Below the pieces are notes generated by a model, which did no database searches, had not been told where the DNA came from, and saw nothing but the letters and a program-made list of their open reading frames with translations. Positions 28,912-40,600 of a stretch of 64,000 bases of DNA are shown here, piece by piece. Position 1 is the first letter of the stretch; each line of letters opens with the position of its first letter. The translations under genes and the position numbers were made by a program. This DNA comes from an uncultured Clostridia bacterium. GTDB lineage: Bacteria; Bacillota; Clostridia; TANB77; CAG-508. The stretch is taken from NCBI GenBank assembly GCA_949388605.1, contig CASKJV010000007.1, positions 16,689 through 80,688 of the forward strand. Direction: 5' to 3'.

Positions 28912-29199
28912 TTAATTTATAACTTTTGGTATTCTAAACATACCTTCATCTTGACTTGGAGCATTTGAAAGTAAAAGCTCTCTATTTTCAAAATTTTTAA
29001 CTTCGTCCTTTCTTAAAACATTGCATTTCTCATTTGCAACAACTGTTTCATTCATTCCTTCTGTATTAACATTATTAATTATATTTGCAAATTCTAGAAT
29101 TTCTTGCATATCGCCAGTATATTTTTCAATCTCTTCATCTGACAAATTTAAAGATGCAAGTTTTGCAATATGAATTATTTCTTCTTTACTAATTGCCAT
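28912..29199 (-). CDS. gatC: Asp/Glu-tRNA(Asn/Gln) amidotransferase subunit C
   Basis: MAISKEEIIHIAKLASLNLSDEE; start behind GGGAGAG. Confidence 0.85.
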   Translation of the reverse strand: MAISKEEIIHIAKLASLNLSDEEIEKYTGDMQEILEFANIINNVNTEGMNETVVANEKCNVLRKDEVKNFENRELLLSNAPSQDEGMFRIPKVIN

Positions 29200-29302
29200 A
29201 ACATTCTCTCCCTTCACATAATGTATTATTATATAATGAATTTTATAAAAACACAAGAAAATTGCCACAAAAAAATCGCCATATTGGCGATTTCTTTATA
29301 TT

Positions 29303-29977
29303 TTAATAAATTCCAATTCTTCCTAAAATTATTAATACAAATGCTGATAATAATTTTATAATTGCATACTTTTTAATAAAATTCTTATTTTCTTTTTCTC
29401 CAAATAAATCTTTCATACCAAAATATGTAAGAACTAATGATATTGCACTAAACATTGTAGATATTGGACTAGATATAATTGTAATACCACTTATTAAAGA
29501 TTCAATAACATCAATAATTTCGATAATAATTACAGGAACTGCTGATATTGTTAGAGTTGAAATAATTGTTATTAAAGATTTTTTATTATTTTTATTCATT
29601 ATTAGAATTATAATTGCTGGTACTAGAATATATAGTATTGGACTTAATATGTAAGAGATAAAATCCATTATATTATTTCCTATACTTGAATATTTTCCAT
29701 ATTTGATTAAACTTATAACACCTATAATTACTGATGCCAAAATCCAAACTATCATTAAAATTATTACTTTAGAAAAAACATTTTCTTCGTTTTCTGCAAT
29801 TCTTCTAACTGACTCAAATGGATTTGAAAGTATTTCTTTTAAAAAACTTTTAGTTTCTTTTGCATCTTTTTTCAAGTTAACATTTTTTATTGAATCTTTA
29901 ACTTGATTTACAGTTTCTTTTGTTTCATTTTTTAGTTGTTCTGTATCAACTGAAAATTTCTCCTGATTTTCTGACAT
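29303..29977 (-). CDS. Membrane protein, hypothetical (possibly Yip1-like)
   Basis: Charged N-terminus followed by about 5 transmembrane helices. Confidence 0.5.
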   Translation of the reverse strand: MSENQEKFSVDTEQLKNETKETVNQVKDSIKNVNLKKDAKETKSFLKEILSNPFESVRRIAENEENVFSKVIILMIVWILASVIIGVISLIKYGKYSSIGNNIMDFISYILSPILYILVPAIIILIMNKNNKKSLITIISTLTISAVPVIIIEIIDVIESLISGITIISSPISTMFSAISLVLTYFGMKDLFGEKENKNFIKKYAIIKLLSAFVLIILGRIGIY

Positions 29978-30056
29978 AATAAACCTCCTAAAAACTTAAT
30001 TAATATTAAAGTTCTTATTTATATAATATAATATTAATGTTTTTTATGTGAATATT

Positions 30057-30371
30057 TTAGTATATATCATCTCTGGTAAGTTGTTTTCCATAACAATCTA
30101 TAAATTGTCCAAAAGTAATAACTATAAAATCATTTGCTACAAATGCTAACATTGTTATTAAACACATTAATCCTATTGGAACGTTTACAGCCAATAATAA
30201 AAGTGAAACAATTGTACCATACATCATCAAAAATCCAGAACCTAATTTTCCAGCATATAAACGATGTACTCCAAAAAAACCTAAAAACCAGCATAACATC
30301 ATTGCTGTAAGTCTATTTTTACTACTTGTTTCTCTAACATCTTCTAATCTTTTCTTATTTTTTTTCTCCAT
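30057..30371 (-). CDS. TM2 domain-containing protein
   Basis: MMLCWFLGFFGVHRLYAGKLGSGFLMM. Confidence 0.75.
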   Translation of the reverse strand: MEKKNKKRLEDVRETSSKNRLTAMMLCWFLGFFGVHRLYAGKLGSGFLMMYGTIVSLLLLAVNVPIGLMCLITMLAFVANDFIVITFGQFIDCYGKQLTRDDIY

Positions 30372-30623
30372 TTGTAACTCCTTATTTTATTTATTGATAT
30401 TTTCTAAAATATAATATTTTAAATTTATTAAATAATTAATATAATAAATCCATTTTACTATTTTATTTTTATATTAAATATATCTATTTGTCAATTAATG
30501 TTATAAAAATGATAAAAAGAAGTTATGTTTATGTTACAGTTCACAACTTAAATATTGATATAAAAAATTTAACAATGATTCCTATTGTGTGAAAAAAGGG
30601 ACTTTTTACAGTCCCTTTTATAT

Positions 30624-33233
30624 TTATAATATTTCATTTCCATAATAGCTATCAATTAGTATTTGTTTAATTTCTGATACTAATGGTACTCTAGGATTTA
30701 CACCTGTACATTGATCTGAAAAAGCTTTATCAGCTAATTCATCAATTTTAGCTAAGAATTCTTGTTCATTAATTCCACAATCTCTAAGTGATCTTTCTTC
30801 ACCTAATTTTTGATTTAATTCAAGAACTGCTTTAACTAATGAGTTTACTCCTTCTTCTGTAGTTGATGCAGGCAATCCTAATCTTTTTGATAAATTAGCA
30901 TATCTTTCATCAGCAACGAAATGCTCATATTTAGGCCAAGATACCATTTTTGTTGGTGCACTTGCATTATATTTTATTACATAAGGTAATATTATGCTAT
31001 TAGCTTTACCATGAGGAATATGGAATTCTCCTCCTAATTTATGTGCTATAGAATGATTTACACCTAAGAAAGCATTTGTAAATGCCATACCTGCAATAGT
31101 ACTTGCATTATGCATTTTTTCTCTTGCTACTCTATCTGTGCCATCTTCATAAGCTCTTGGTAAATATTCAAAAACTAATTCTATTGCTTTTTCTGCTAAG
31201 CCATCTGTATAATCAGATGCCATAACAGAAACATACGCTTCTATAGCATGTGTTAAAACATCCATACCTGTATCTGCAGTTAATTTTTTTGGTAATGTCA
31301 TAACCAAATCTGGATCAATAATTGCAACATCTGGTGTTAATTCATAATCAGCTAGCGGATATTTCATATTTTTTTCTTTATCTGATATAACTGCAAATGA
31401 TGTTACTTCTGAGCCTGTTCCTGATGTAGTTGGTATAGCAACCATTTTACATTTTGTTCCAAGTTTAGGGAATTTATAAGTTCTTTTTCTTATATCCATG
31501 AATTTTAGTTTTAATCCTTCTACATCTGCATCTGGATATTCATAAAATAGCCACATTCCTTTTGCAGCATCCATTGCACTACCACCACCAAGAGCAATAA
31601 TAACATCTGGTTTGAAATTTTCCATTGCAGCAACACCTTTTTTTATTGTTGTAAAAGATGGATCTGATTCAACTTCTGAAAATATTTCAGCATGAACATA
31701 TGATTCTCTTTTTCTTAAATGATATAGTATTCTATCAACATATCCAAATTGAACCATTGAAGGATCTGTTACTATAAAAGCTCTTGTTATATCAGGCATT
31801 TTTTCTAAATATCCTATAGAACCAGCCTCAAAAAATATTTTTTCTGGAACTTTAAACCATTGCATATTAACCCTCCTTTTTGCAACTCTTTTTGCATTTA
31901 TCAAATTAACTGAAGATACATTTGAAGTTGTTGAATTTCCTCCAAAAGTACCACAACCTAAAGTTAATGATGGGATATTTGTATTATAAATATCACCAAT
32001 AGCACCATGAGTTGATGGAGAATTTACAATAATTCTTCCTGTTTTTACTGTATTTGCAAATTTATTTATTGAATCTCTATCTTCTGAATGAATAACAGCT
32101 GAATGCCCCATTCCACCAAATCTTATTAATCTGTCTGCAAGTTCTATTCCTTCATCAGCTGATTTTACTGTATAATAAGCTAAAACTGGACTTAACTTTT
32201 CTTCTGAAAATGGATGGTCAAATCCAACACCATTTTCTCTTACTATTAAAACTTTTGTATTTTCTGGCACTTCAAATCCAGCCCATTGAGCAATAATTTT
32301 AGGACTTTGTCCAGCTATTGCACCATTTAATTTATTTGAATTATTTGAATCAAACATTGTAGCTTGTAGTTTTGCCTTTTCTTCATCATTTACAAAATAG
32401 CAGTTAAGTTTTCTCATTTCTTCTTCAAAGTTTCCTGCAATTTCTTCATCTACAATAACTGCTTGTTCTGAAGCACAAATCATACCATTGTCAAAAGATT
32501 TTGACATAATTAAGTCTGTAACAGCCCTTTTCAACTTTGCTGATTTATTTATATAACAAGGTACATTACCAGGCCCAACTCCTAGTGCTGGTTTCCCACT
32601 AGAATATGCTGCTTTAACCATTCCTGATCCACCAGTTGCTAATATTAAATCTACACCTGGGTGATTCATTAATAAACTTGTAGCCAAAACTGATGGCTTG
32701 TCTATCCATAATATACAATCTTCTGGAGCTCCTTCTGAAACAGCTGCCTTTCTAACTACTTCTGCAGCTTCTCTACTACAATTTTGAGCAGATGGATGAA
32801 AACCAAATATTATAACATTTCTTGTTTTTGCTGATATCATGGACTTAAACATAACAGTTGATGTTGGATTTGTAACAGGAGTAACCCCTGCAATAACTCC
32901 AATTGGTTCTGCAATCAATTGATATCCTTCTTCTGAATTTTCATCAATAACTCCAACTGTCTTATCTTTTTTAATATTATGATAAACATATTCTGTAGCA
33001 AACATATTTTTAGTTATTTTGTCTTCATATATTCCTCTTCCTGTTTCTTCAATAGCCAATTTTGCAAGTCTCATATGATTATCAAGTCCAGCCATAGACA
33101 TTTTCTTTACAATTCTATCAACTTGTTCTTGATCTAATTTTTTGTATTCCTCTGAAGCAACTCTTGCTCTTTCAACTAAAGAATTTACCATTTGCTCAAC
33201 TTCTTGTCTTTCCTCTTCAGTCATTTCTGCCAT
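30624..33233 (-). CDS. adhE: Bifunctional acetaldehyde-CoA/alcohol dehydrogenase
   Basis: 869 aa: an aldehyde dehydrogenase N-terminal half plus an iron-type alcohol dehydrogenase C-terminal half ([18 protein letters not shown]). Confidence 0.95.
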   Translation of the reverse strand: MAEMTEEERQEVEQMVNSLVERARVASEEYKKLDQEQVDRIVKKMSMAGLDNHMRLAKLAIEETGRGIYEDKITKNMFATEYVYHNIKKDKTVGVIDENSEEGYQLIAEPIGVIAGVTPVTNPTSTVMFKSMISAKTRNVIIFGFHPSAQNCSREAAEVVRKAAVSEGAPEDCILWIDKPSVLATSLLMNHPGVDLILATGGSGMVKAAYSSGKPALGVGPGNVPCYINKSAKLKRAVTDLIMSKSFDNGMICASEQAVIVDEEIAGNFEEEMRKLNCYFVNDEEKAKLQATMFDSNNSNKLNGAIAGQSPKIIAQWAGFEVPENTKVLIVRENGVGFDHPFSEEKLSPVLAYYTVKSADEGIELADRLIRFGGMGHSAVIHSEDRDSINKFANTVKTGRIIVNSPSTHGAIGDIYNTNIPSLTLGCGTFGGNSTTSNVSSVNLINAKRVAKRRVNMQWFKVPEKIFFEAGSIGYLEKMPDITRAFIVTDPSMVQFGYVDRILYHLRKRESYVHAEIFSEVESDPSFTTIKKGVAAMENFKPDVIIALGGGSAMDAAKGMWLFYEYPDADVEGLKLKFMDIRKRTYKFPKLGTKCKMVAIPTTSGTGSEVTSFAVISDKEKNMKYPLADYELTPDVAIIDPDLVMTLPKKLTADTGMDVLTHAIEAYVSVMASDYTDGLAEKAIELVFEYLPRAYEDGTDRVAREKMHNASTIAGMAFTNAFLGVNHSIAHKLGGEFHIPHGKANSIILPYVIKYNASAPTKMVSWPKYEHFVADERYANLSKRLGLPASTTEEGVNSLVKAVLELNQKLGEERSLRDCGINEQEFLAKIDELADKAFSDQCTGVNPRVPLVSEIKQILIDSYYGNEIL

Positions 33234-33399
33234 AACATACCCTCCTTTAAATTTTACTATATTTTTATTTTATAAAAATTTATATTTCAATTTTTAAAAT
33301 TACTCTAAATAAGTATATATATAATTTAAATCAAATTCAAGATATTTATACCAAAAGATTTTCCTTTTATCTGACAAAATATTACAATTCACCTTCTAG

Positions 33400-33703
33400 A
33401 ACAAAAGTGGACGATATATAATTTTACAGAATAATAATCTGCTGAATTGTCCACGTATTTGTTCGAAGCGCCAATTTTGTACAACAAAATTGTGTGCAAA
33501 AATTGCGAAGCTTTTATTTTGTAGGAAGTGCAGAGCGCTTTCCTACTAAATAACAAAAGTGGACGATATATAATTTTACAGAATAATAACCTGCTGAATT
33601 GTCCACGTATTTGTTCGAAGCGCCAATTTTGTACAACAAAATTGTGTGCAAAAATTGCGAAGCTTTTATTTTGTAGGAAGTGCAGAGCGCTTTCCTCTAA
33701 ATA
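33400..33703 (+). repeat. Two tandem 152-bp units of a structured intergenic repeat family
   Basis: Units start with AACAAAAGTGGACG at 33400 and 33552. Each unit contains three hairpins. Confidence 0.9.
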
Positions 33704-33756
33704 AAAAACAGATTTATATAATAAAATTACTTTTATTATATAAATCTGCTTAAAAA

Positions 33757-35499
33757 TTATCTTCCATCTGCTTCTTCAATTTTTGCTTTAATGTCTTTTA
33801 ATTCACTATTCAATTTTGTACTCTTCGTATTTAATATTGATTCTTTATCCCTTGATAAACTTTTTCTCTTAAATATTTCTTTGCATTTTTTTATTTCAGA
33901 ACTGTCAACTCCATCTAAATATAGTTTTTCTTCAATACCAACAATTCCACAATATTCAATTGGGGAAAGATCTAAAGTTCTTTCTGGATATTCATCTAAT
34001 GTATAAATTCTATTATCTCTTCCTTTAATAAAAATAGGTTCATTTTTATTATATTTTTTTATTTTGCAATTCCATTTTTCTAATTTATCTATAGTTGATT
34101 TTGAAATACCTGTTTTTATTCCACCCAAATTAGAATTTCCATTTTCTAATAATTCTAAAAATTCTTCTAATTCTTCTTGAGAGTCAAATGATACATTCAT
34201 TATAGCATTTTGATCTGTTGCATCTCCAATATATTTTTTATAACTTTCTTTATCTTTTACAAATTGTTTTACTCTTAAGTAAAACTTTTTATCTTCTTCA
34301 TCTTCAAATTCTTCTTCTATGTCGATTTCTCTTCCGTTTTCATCAATTTTTGGAGTTATATCAGGAAATAGTCGTTCTTGAACAATACTAACTAAACAAT
34401 CAAGATTTGGTAAACACTCTGTTGCCAACCTTTTCAAATGTTCATTGCTAGTATTATCTATAATATGAAAAAGAGAATTATAAAATCTTATATCATTCCA
34501 CTCTAAAAATTCTTCTACTATACTTTCTATATTATTTTCTGAGATATAATTTAAAAATACTTTTAAATCACTATTAGTATCATCTTTTGCCAAAATTGTT
34601 TTACATGCTTCCTCTAAAAATATATCTCTTGGTCTATTCATTCTTGCTACATAAATATTTTCATAGTTTTCTGTTCTAGTTTGCAATATTTGCTCTATTG
34701 CTGGTTCTACTTCATAACTAAAAACAGGAACTTCTATATCTTTTCCATCATATTGAATTGTATAAATTTCGCATCCATTAGTTACTTTATCTAATAATTC
34801 AGGCATTGATTTTCTATTTATTTTACCAGAATAGAATCCATTTTCAACACCTAAATATAAAGAATCTCTTACTAAAAAGTCTGCTCTATCAAAATCTATA
34901 TTTCCTTCTTTTAAAGTATGTAAGCCATAATTTGCTTGTTTTACAATATCTAAAGCCTCCAATAACTTGGGATTAATATTATTAAATGCCTGAACAACTT
35001 CTTCATTCTCATGCAAAATTATGTTTCCTAAAACTTCATGTGCTCCTTTATGTTCTCCAATTAATCCTTCTAATGCATGTGAGCAAAAATTATGTCCTAT
35101 ATCATGAGATGCCATATCCATCATATTAGCTAAAACTTCTAGTTTTGAAGCTTTAGTAGAATTTCGTTCTCTCCATTCTGGCTTTTTATATTGTAGCATA
35201 TAAAAGTCTAACATCTTTTGATATGCACCTTTACAATGGTGTAATCTTGTATGAGATGCATTTGGATTATACAAGAAAATATTAACTAATTGTCCAATTT
35301 TTCCTAGCCTCTTCATTGCTTTAGTTTCAAAAAAATTCTTAATTTCTGGTGTATAATATACATATGGTTCTTTATAATCTAAAATTTTACTAATATCTAT
35401 TTCTTTTTCTAATTTGATATTTTCTTTATCTAATAGCCAAGAAAAAAATTCGTTATATTCATTTTTTTTAAATTGAATTACTTTTTCTTTATTATTCAT
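33757..35499 (-). CDS. HD-domain phosphohydrolase, SAMHD1/dGTPase-like (putative dNTP triphosphohydrolase) with a long C-terminal extension
   Basis: HTRLHHCKGAY, MASHDIGHNFCSH, DFDRADFLVRDSLYLGV. Confidence 0.65.
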   Translation of the reverse strand: MNNKEKVIQFKKNEYNEFFSWLLDKENIKLEKEIDISKILDYKEPYVYYTPEIKNFFETKAMKRLGKIGQLVNIFLYNPNASHTRLHHCKGAYQKMLDFYMLQYKKPEWRERNSTKASKLEVLANMMDMASHDIGHNFCSHALEGLIGEHKGAHEVLGNIILHENEEVVQAFNNINPKLLEALDIVKQANYGLHTLKEGNIDFDRADFLVRDSLYLGVENGFYSGKINRKSMPELLDKVTNGCEIYTIQYDGKDIEVPVFSYEVEPAIEQILQTRTENYENIYVARMNRPRDIFLEEACKTILAKDDTNSDLKVFLNYISENNIESIVEEFLEWNDIRFYNSLFHIIDNTSNEHLKRLATECLPNLDCLVSIVQERLFPDITPKIDENGREIDIEEEFEDEEDKKFYLRVKQFVKDKESYKKYIGDATDQNAIMNVSFDSQEELEEFLELLENGNSNLGGIKTGISKSTIDKLEKWNCKIKKYNKNEPIFIKGRDNRIYTLDEYPERTLDLSPIEYCGIVGIEEKLYLDGVDSSEIKKCKEIFKRKSLSRDKESILNTKSTKLNSELKDIKAKIEEADGR

Positions 35500-35551
35500 T
35501 TATTTCTCCTAATATAATTATATATATTTTTTGTATACAATTTTTCCTGTA

Positions 35552-35596
35552 GGGTTTCTATAATAGGAATTGCAAAGCAATTTCATATTATAAAAC
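35552..35596. repeat. Hairpin-core copy of the repeat family in the leader of the HD gene
   Basis: GGGTTTCTATAATAGGAATTGCAAAGCAATTTCATATTATAAAAC, preceded by TTTTTCCTGTAGGG. Confidence 0.7.
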
Positions 35597-35715
35597 TAAA
35601 AATCACTTTTACAATACTAAAACCTTAAATAAATTTTAGTATCTCTTAGATATTATAGCATAATTCATATAATATTGCAAAATCTTTCGAATCTATATTA
35701 AACATATAACTAAAG

Positions 35716-36024
35716 AACAAAAGTGGACGATATGATAATTACAAAATACCAAAATTTACTAAATCGTCCACGTATTTGTTCGAAGTGCCGATTTTGTTCT
35801 ACAAAATCGTGTGCAAAAATTGGCGAAGCTGTTATTTAGTAGGAAAGTGCAGAGCACTTTCCTACTAAATAACAAAAGTGGACGATATGATAATTACAAA
35901 ATACCAAAATTTACTAAATCGTCCACGTATTTGTTCGAAGTGCCGATTTTGTTTTACAAAATCGTGTGCAAAAATTGACAAAACTGTTATTTAGTAGGAG
36001 TGCAAAGCACATTCTACTAAATAA
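35716..36024 (+). repeat. Two tandem 155-bp units of the same repeat family
   Basis: Units start at 35716 and 35871, in the same orientation as 33400-33703. Confidence 0.9.
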
Positions 36025-36086
36025 AAAAATGAAAGTAAACTATTTTAAAGTTCACTTTCATTTTATATTTGATACTAGTTTAATTA

Positions 36087-37145
36087 TTAATATAAATAAT
36101 TTTGTGGATTTACTGGACTACCATTAATTCTAATTTCTAAATGTAAATGTGGTCCAGTTGAGTTTCCTGTTGATCCTACAGCAGCTATTGTAGAACCTGC
36201 GTCAACAGATTGACCTACTGACACATATAAAGCACTACAATGTGCATAATAAGATTGAACTCCATTTCCATGATCAATAATAACTAAATTACCATATGAT
36301 CCTTTATATGCTGAATATATTACTGTTCCAGCAGATATTGGTCTAATTCCTGTACCTGCAGATGCTGATATATCAAGTCCAGTATGAATTGTTGACCTTG
36401 AAGCACTTCTAGAACCAAATCTAGATGAAATTGAACCATTTACAGGTATTGATAATTGCATACCATTTAAATTCCCCGAAGGAGCTGATGTAGCTGTTGT
36501 TGCATAACTTCTAGTTCTTGAAGAACTATATGCTCTCTTGGCAGCTTCTTTTGCTGCTCTCTCTTCTTCTGCCTTTTTTGTTTCATATTCAGTAACTTTT
36601 GCTACTTTTAATTCATTTAATGCAGTTGTTGCAGTTTCTTTTGAGTATGCATTAGTCTCAGTTGTATATATTTCAACTATTCCTAATTTTAAATCAATTT
36701 CTGTGTTTAAATCTGCTTTTATTTCATTTATTATACTATCAGCCTCTTCTTGAGTACTAACAACAGCTTTTTGTTCTCCATCAGATGTAACTGCATATGC
36801 TCTGTAAGTTGTTGTTGTCATATTTTGTACTGCTAGCATAACATTCTTTTCTTCTGTTTCTTTTTCCCTATTTATAAGTTTAAATTCATACTCTGGCAAT
36901 TCACTTATTTCTCTAAATGCTATATTTCCAGTAGTATCATTTATATATTTTTCTATTTTAGCTTCTATTAAATTTCTATTTTCTATAAATCCAATTGTAT
37001 CTCCTGCCAATGTGACTTTATAAGCAGGTTTATATTTTACACATGCTATAGTTAATACTAAAGCTGAACCAATTGCGATTATTTTTAGGGTTTTGATAGA
37101 TTCTTTCGTATAATATTTAACCCAATTTTTTAAAATAAAATTCAC
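36087..37145 (-). CDS. M23/LytM-family metallopeptidase with an N-terminal anchor
   Basis: HTGLDISA...GNLVIIDHGNGVQSYYAH...GSTGNSTGPHLHLEI. Confidence 0.9.
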   Translation of the reverse strand: MNFILKNWVKYYTKESIKTLKIIAIGSALVLTIACVKYKPAYKVTLAGDTIGFIENRNLIEAKIEKYINDTTGNIAFREISELPEYEFKLINREKETEEKNVMLAVQNMTTTTYRAYAVTSDGEQKAVVSTQEEADSIINEIKADLNTEIDLKLGIVEIYTTETNAYSKETATTALNELKVAKVTEYETKKAEEERAAKEAAKRAYSSSRTRSYATTATSAPSGNLNGMQLSIPVNGSISSRFGSRSASRSTIHTGLDISASAGTGIRPISAGTVIYSAYKGSYGNLVIIDHGNGVQSYYAHCSALYVSVGQSVDAGSTIAAVGSTGNSTGPHLHLEIRINGSPVNPQNYLY

Positions 37146-37616
37146 TCTCCTTTATGCTTTTTTAAAATTCGTCACTAAGCAATATTTTATCATAAATCAA
37201 TCCCTGTTTCAAGGAAAACTTTTTGGAATAAAACAATTTTATCTACCTTTAAATAAGATTTTCTTTTTTATGTTAGCACAATTTTATTGTTTACTTTCAA
37301 AATCTCTTTTTTACTCTTATTTACTCCTTTTTTCTAACATGTTGATTATATCATTTTTTCTTGTAAGTGGTTTTTATGAACACATATTTAATTAGTTTTT
37401 TACTTTTTCTGAGTACATTATCCCAAAAATTTTATTAATAACGAATTTTCTAATAACAAATTAAACTATTTTTTATTAGGTATACTAATATAATATGAAT
37501 TATATTAGCATATTATTAATATATCCATTTTTTCATTATTTTATCAAAAAATACAAATTTCAACATTAGCTATATTACTCACTTACCACAGCAAAAAGAG
37601 CATAAACATAAGTTAA

Positions 37617-37655
37617 AAGAACCAATCTTGTTAAACTAACACGATTGGTTCTTAA
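37617..37655 (-). terminator. smc terminator
   Basis: AAGAACCAATC...GATTGGTTCTT 11-bp stem; T-rich on the minus strand. Confidence 0.6.
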
Positions 37656-37669
37656 AATCATTATAAAGT

Positions 37670-40600
37670 TTATTTTAATTTCATTGATAACAATTTACTT
37701 ATTCCTTTTTCTTCCATTGTAATTCCATAAACTGTATCTGCTGCCTCCATTGTACCTTTTCTATGTGTTATAACTAAAAATTGTGATGCCTTAGAAAATT
37801 TCCTTAAATATTCTGCAAATCTATATACATTAACATCATCTAAAGCTGCTTCAATTTCATCTAAAACACAGAATGGAGCTGGATTTATTTTTAAAATAGC
37901 AAATAATAATGCAATAGCTGTAAATGCTCTTTCTCCTCCAGATAGCAACATCATATTCTGTAATTTTTTTCCAGGTGGTTGAACTGTTATATCAATTCCA
38001 CATTCTAAAATATTATCTGTATCTGTAAGAATTAATTCAGCTTTTCCTCCACCAAATAATTCTTTAAATACATCACTAAAGTTTTTATTTATTATTTTAA
38101 ATTGCTCTGCAAATTGAACTTTCATAGTTTCTGTCATTTCAGATATAACTTTTTTTAGTTTATTACTTGAAGCTTCTAAATCAAGTCTCTGTTCACACAT
38201 AAAATCATATCTTTCTTTTGTTTCTTTATATTCATTTATTGAATCAACATTTATACTTCCTAAATCTCTAATTTCACTTCTAATACTATTAACTTGTTTT
38301 TGAACTGCTGTAGGATTTTCTACTTTATTAGTTTCACCTACTGTATTTGGTGTTAATTCATATTCTTCCCACATTTTATCAATAACTTGATTTAGTTCAA
38401 GTTCAATTTTTGATTTCTTTAAATCTAATTTTGATATATGATTCTTAATATCTTCTAATTTAGTATTTTGTTCTTCAATATTCTTTTCTATATCATTTAA
38501 TTTTTCAGATTTCGAAATTCTCTCTTGTTTTAATTTTTCAACTTTATCTGTACTACCTAAGATTTCTTGTTCTAAATCAGTTATTTTTACTTTCAATTCT
38601 TCAATTTTGTTTTCTATATCTATATTATCTGCTAATATCTGTTCTCTTAAATTTTTCTTATTACTTATACTTGTATTGTTATTTTCAATGTCTAAATTTA
38701 TTCTATCCATCATCTCATTGATTGATATTTCACTTTCATCAAAAGATGATACAGAAATTTTTAAATTTGTAATATCAAAATTTAAATCATCAATATATTT
38801 TTGATTATCTTTATTTAAATTTATAAATTCATCAATTATTTCATTTAATTTACTATTTTGTTCTTCTATTTCTATAATGTTCTTATCTAATTCATCTTGT
38901 TTATTTAAGTTCTCTTCTTTTTCTTGTTTAACATTTTCTAAATCTTCTCTTGCTTTAGCAAGTTTTGCTTCTAACTTTATAATTTCTAAATCTATAGTAT
39001 CTATTTTTTGTTTTTTGGTAGCATAAACAATTTCTAATTCTTGATAGTCTTTTTGAGTTTGTTCAAATTTTTCTAAAATTTCTGATATACTATCTTCATA
39101 TTGTTCTTTTTCGTTTTGGACTTTACTAATTTTATTTTTTATTTCAACAAGTTCTTTCTTAAGTTCTTTAATTTCTTTTCCTCTTCCTAAAATACTAACT
39201 GTTTTACTTGCTACTGAACCACCACTTATTGCACCTGAAGGATTTATTACATCACCTTTTAATGTTACAATTTTGAATTTATAAGAATTCTGCTTTGCAA
39301 GTTTTACAGCATTATCAATATCGTCTACAATTACAGTTCTACCTAATAAGTTTAAAATTATTCCTTCATATTTTTTATCTGCTTTAACTAGGTCTGAAGC
39401 AATTCCTATTACACCATTTATTCCTTTAGTATTTACATTATTTATTTTTTGTCCTTTAACAGAACTTATTGGTAAAAATGATGCTCTTCCGAATTTTATT
39501 ATCTCTTAAATAATTTACTAATTTCTTAGCTTCTTCTTCTGAATTTGTAACTATATTTTGAATAGCTCCTCCTAAAGTCATTTCAATTGCAGTCTCATAT
39601 TGTTTATCAACAGAAATAAGATTTGCTAAAACACCATGTACTCCGTTAGATAAATTACTATTTTTTTCAACAGCTTCCATTAAGTGTTTTACACTTTTTA
39701 TATATCCTTCTTTTTCTTTTTCTGTTTCTACTAAAAATTTATATCTAGATTCTTTAATTCTATATTCTGATTGATATGCATTTATTTTTGTTTCATAATC
39801 TCTTAATTTTTCTGAGCTCTGATTTTTTTCGCTTTTCATATTTTCTAATAATTTTGAAAATTCGTTTCTCTTTTTTTCTACTTCATAAAAGTTTTTATCT
39901 AATTCTTCTTTGCTAGTTCTAGATGCATCAAGTTCGGATATATTTTCTTGTATTTCACTTTTTAATAGATTTTCTCTTTTATTTAGATTATCAAAATTAG
40001 CTTTTTCTGTATTTATATTTGAGATTATTTGATATTTATTATCAGTATTTTCTTGTACAATCTTCTTTTTTTCTTCGATTTCTAGTTCTTTATTAGATAG
40101 AGTTTCAGAATATTTTGCTAATTCTTCTTCTTTTTCTTTTAGTTCTGTTTCAAATTTTTCTTTATTATTGAAAAGATTATCTCTTTTTTGTATCTTTTGA
40201 TTTTTTTCCTCTTCTAGTTCTTTATTACGATTTTCTAAATCTTCAATTTCACCAGCATATCTTTCATAATTTTCCTTATTATTAGAAATCTTTTCACTAA
40301 AAATTGCAATTTCACTATTATATTGCTCTTTACGTCTGTTTCCTTCAAAACCTAAATTTTGAGTTTTTTCTATTTCTTCAATTAATGATTCAACCAAAGT
40401 TCTCAAATTTTCTTTTTCAAGTTGAATAGCATTTAAATCTTCTTCCTCTTTAACTTTTTGTGTTTCAAAAATATCAATATTTTCAAGAATTTCTTGTGTC
40501 TGTTTTTTATAATTTTCTATATTATACAAAAACAATCCTACTTCTATTGTTTTCAAGTTTTCTCTTAAATCTAAAAACTTCTTGGCCTTTTCTGACTGGA

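Noticed and set aside
37146-37669. 520-nt region upstream of the M23 peptidase; checked for a c-di-AMP (ydaO-type) riboswitch, which often precedes cell-wall hydrolases.
   Set aside because: The sequence has almost no G/C and lacks the conserved GC-rich pseudo-symmetric cores. Only the smc terminator and a short inverted repeat were seen.
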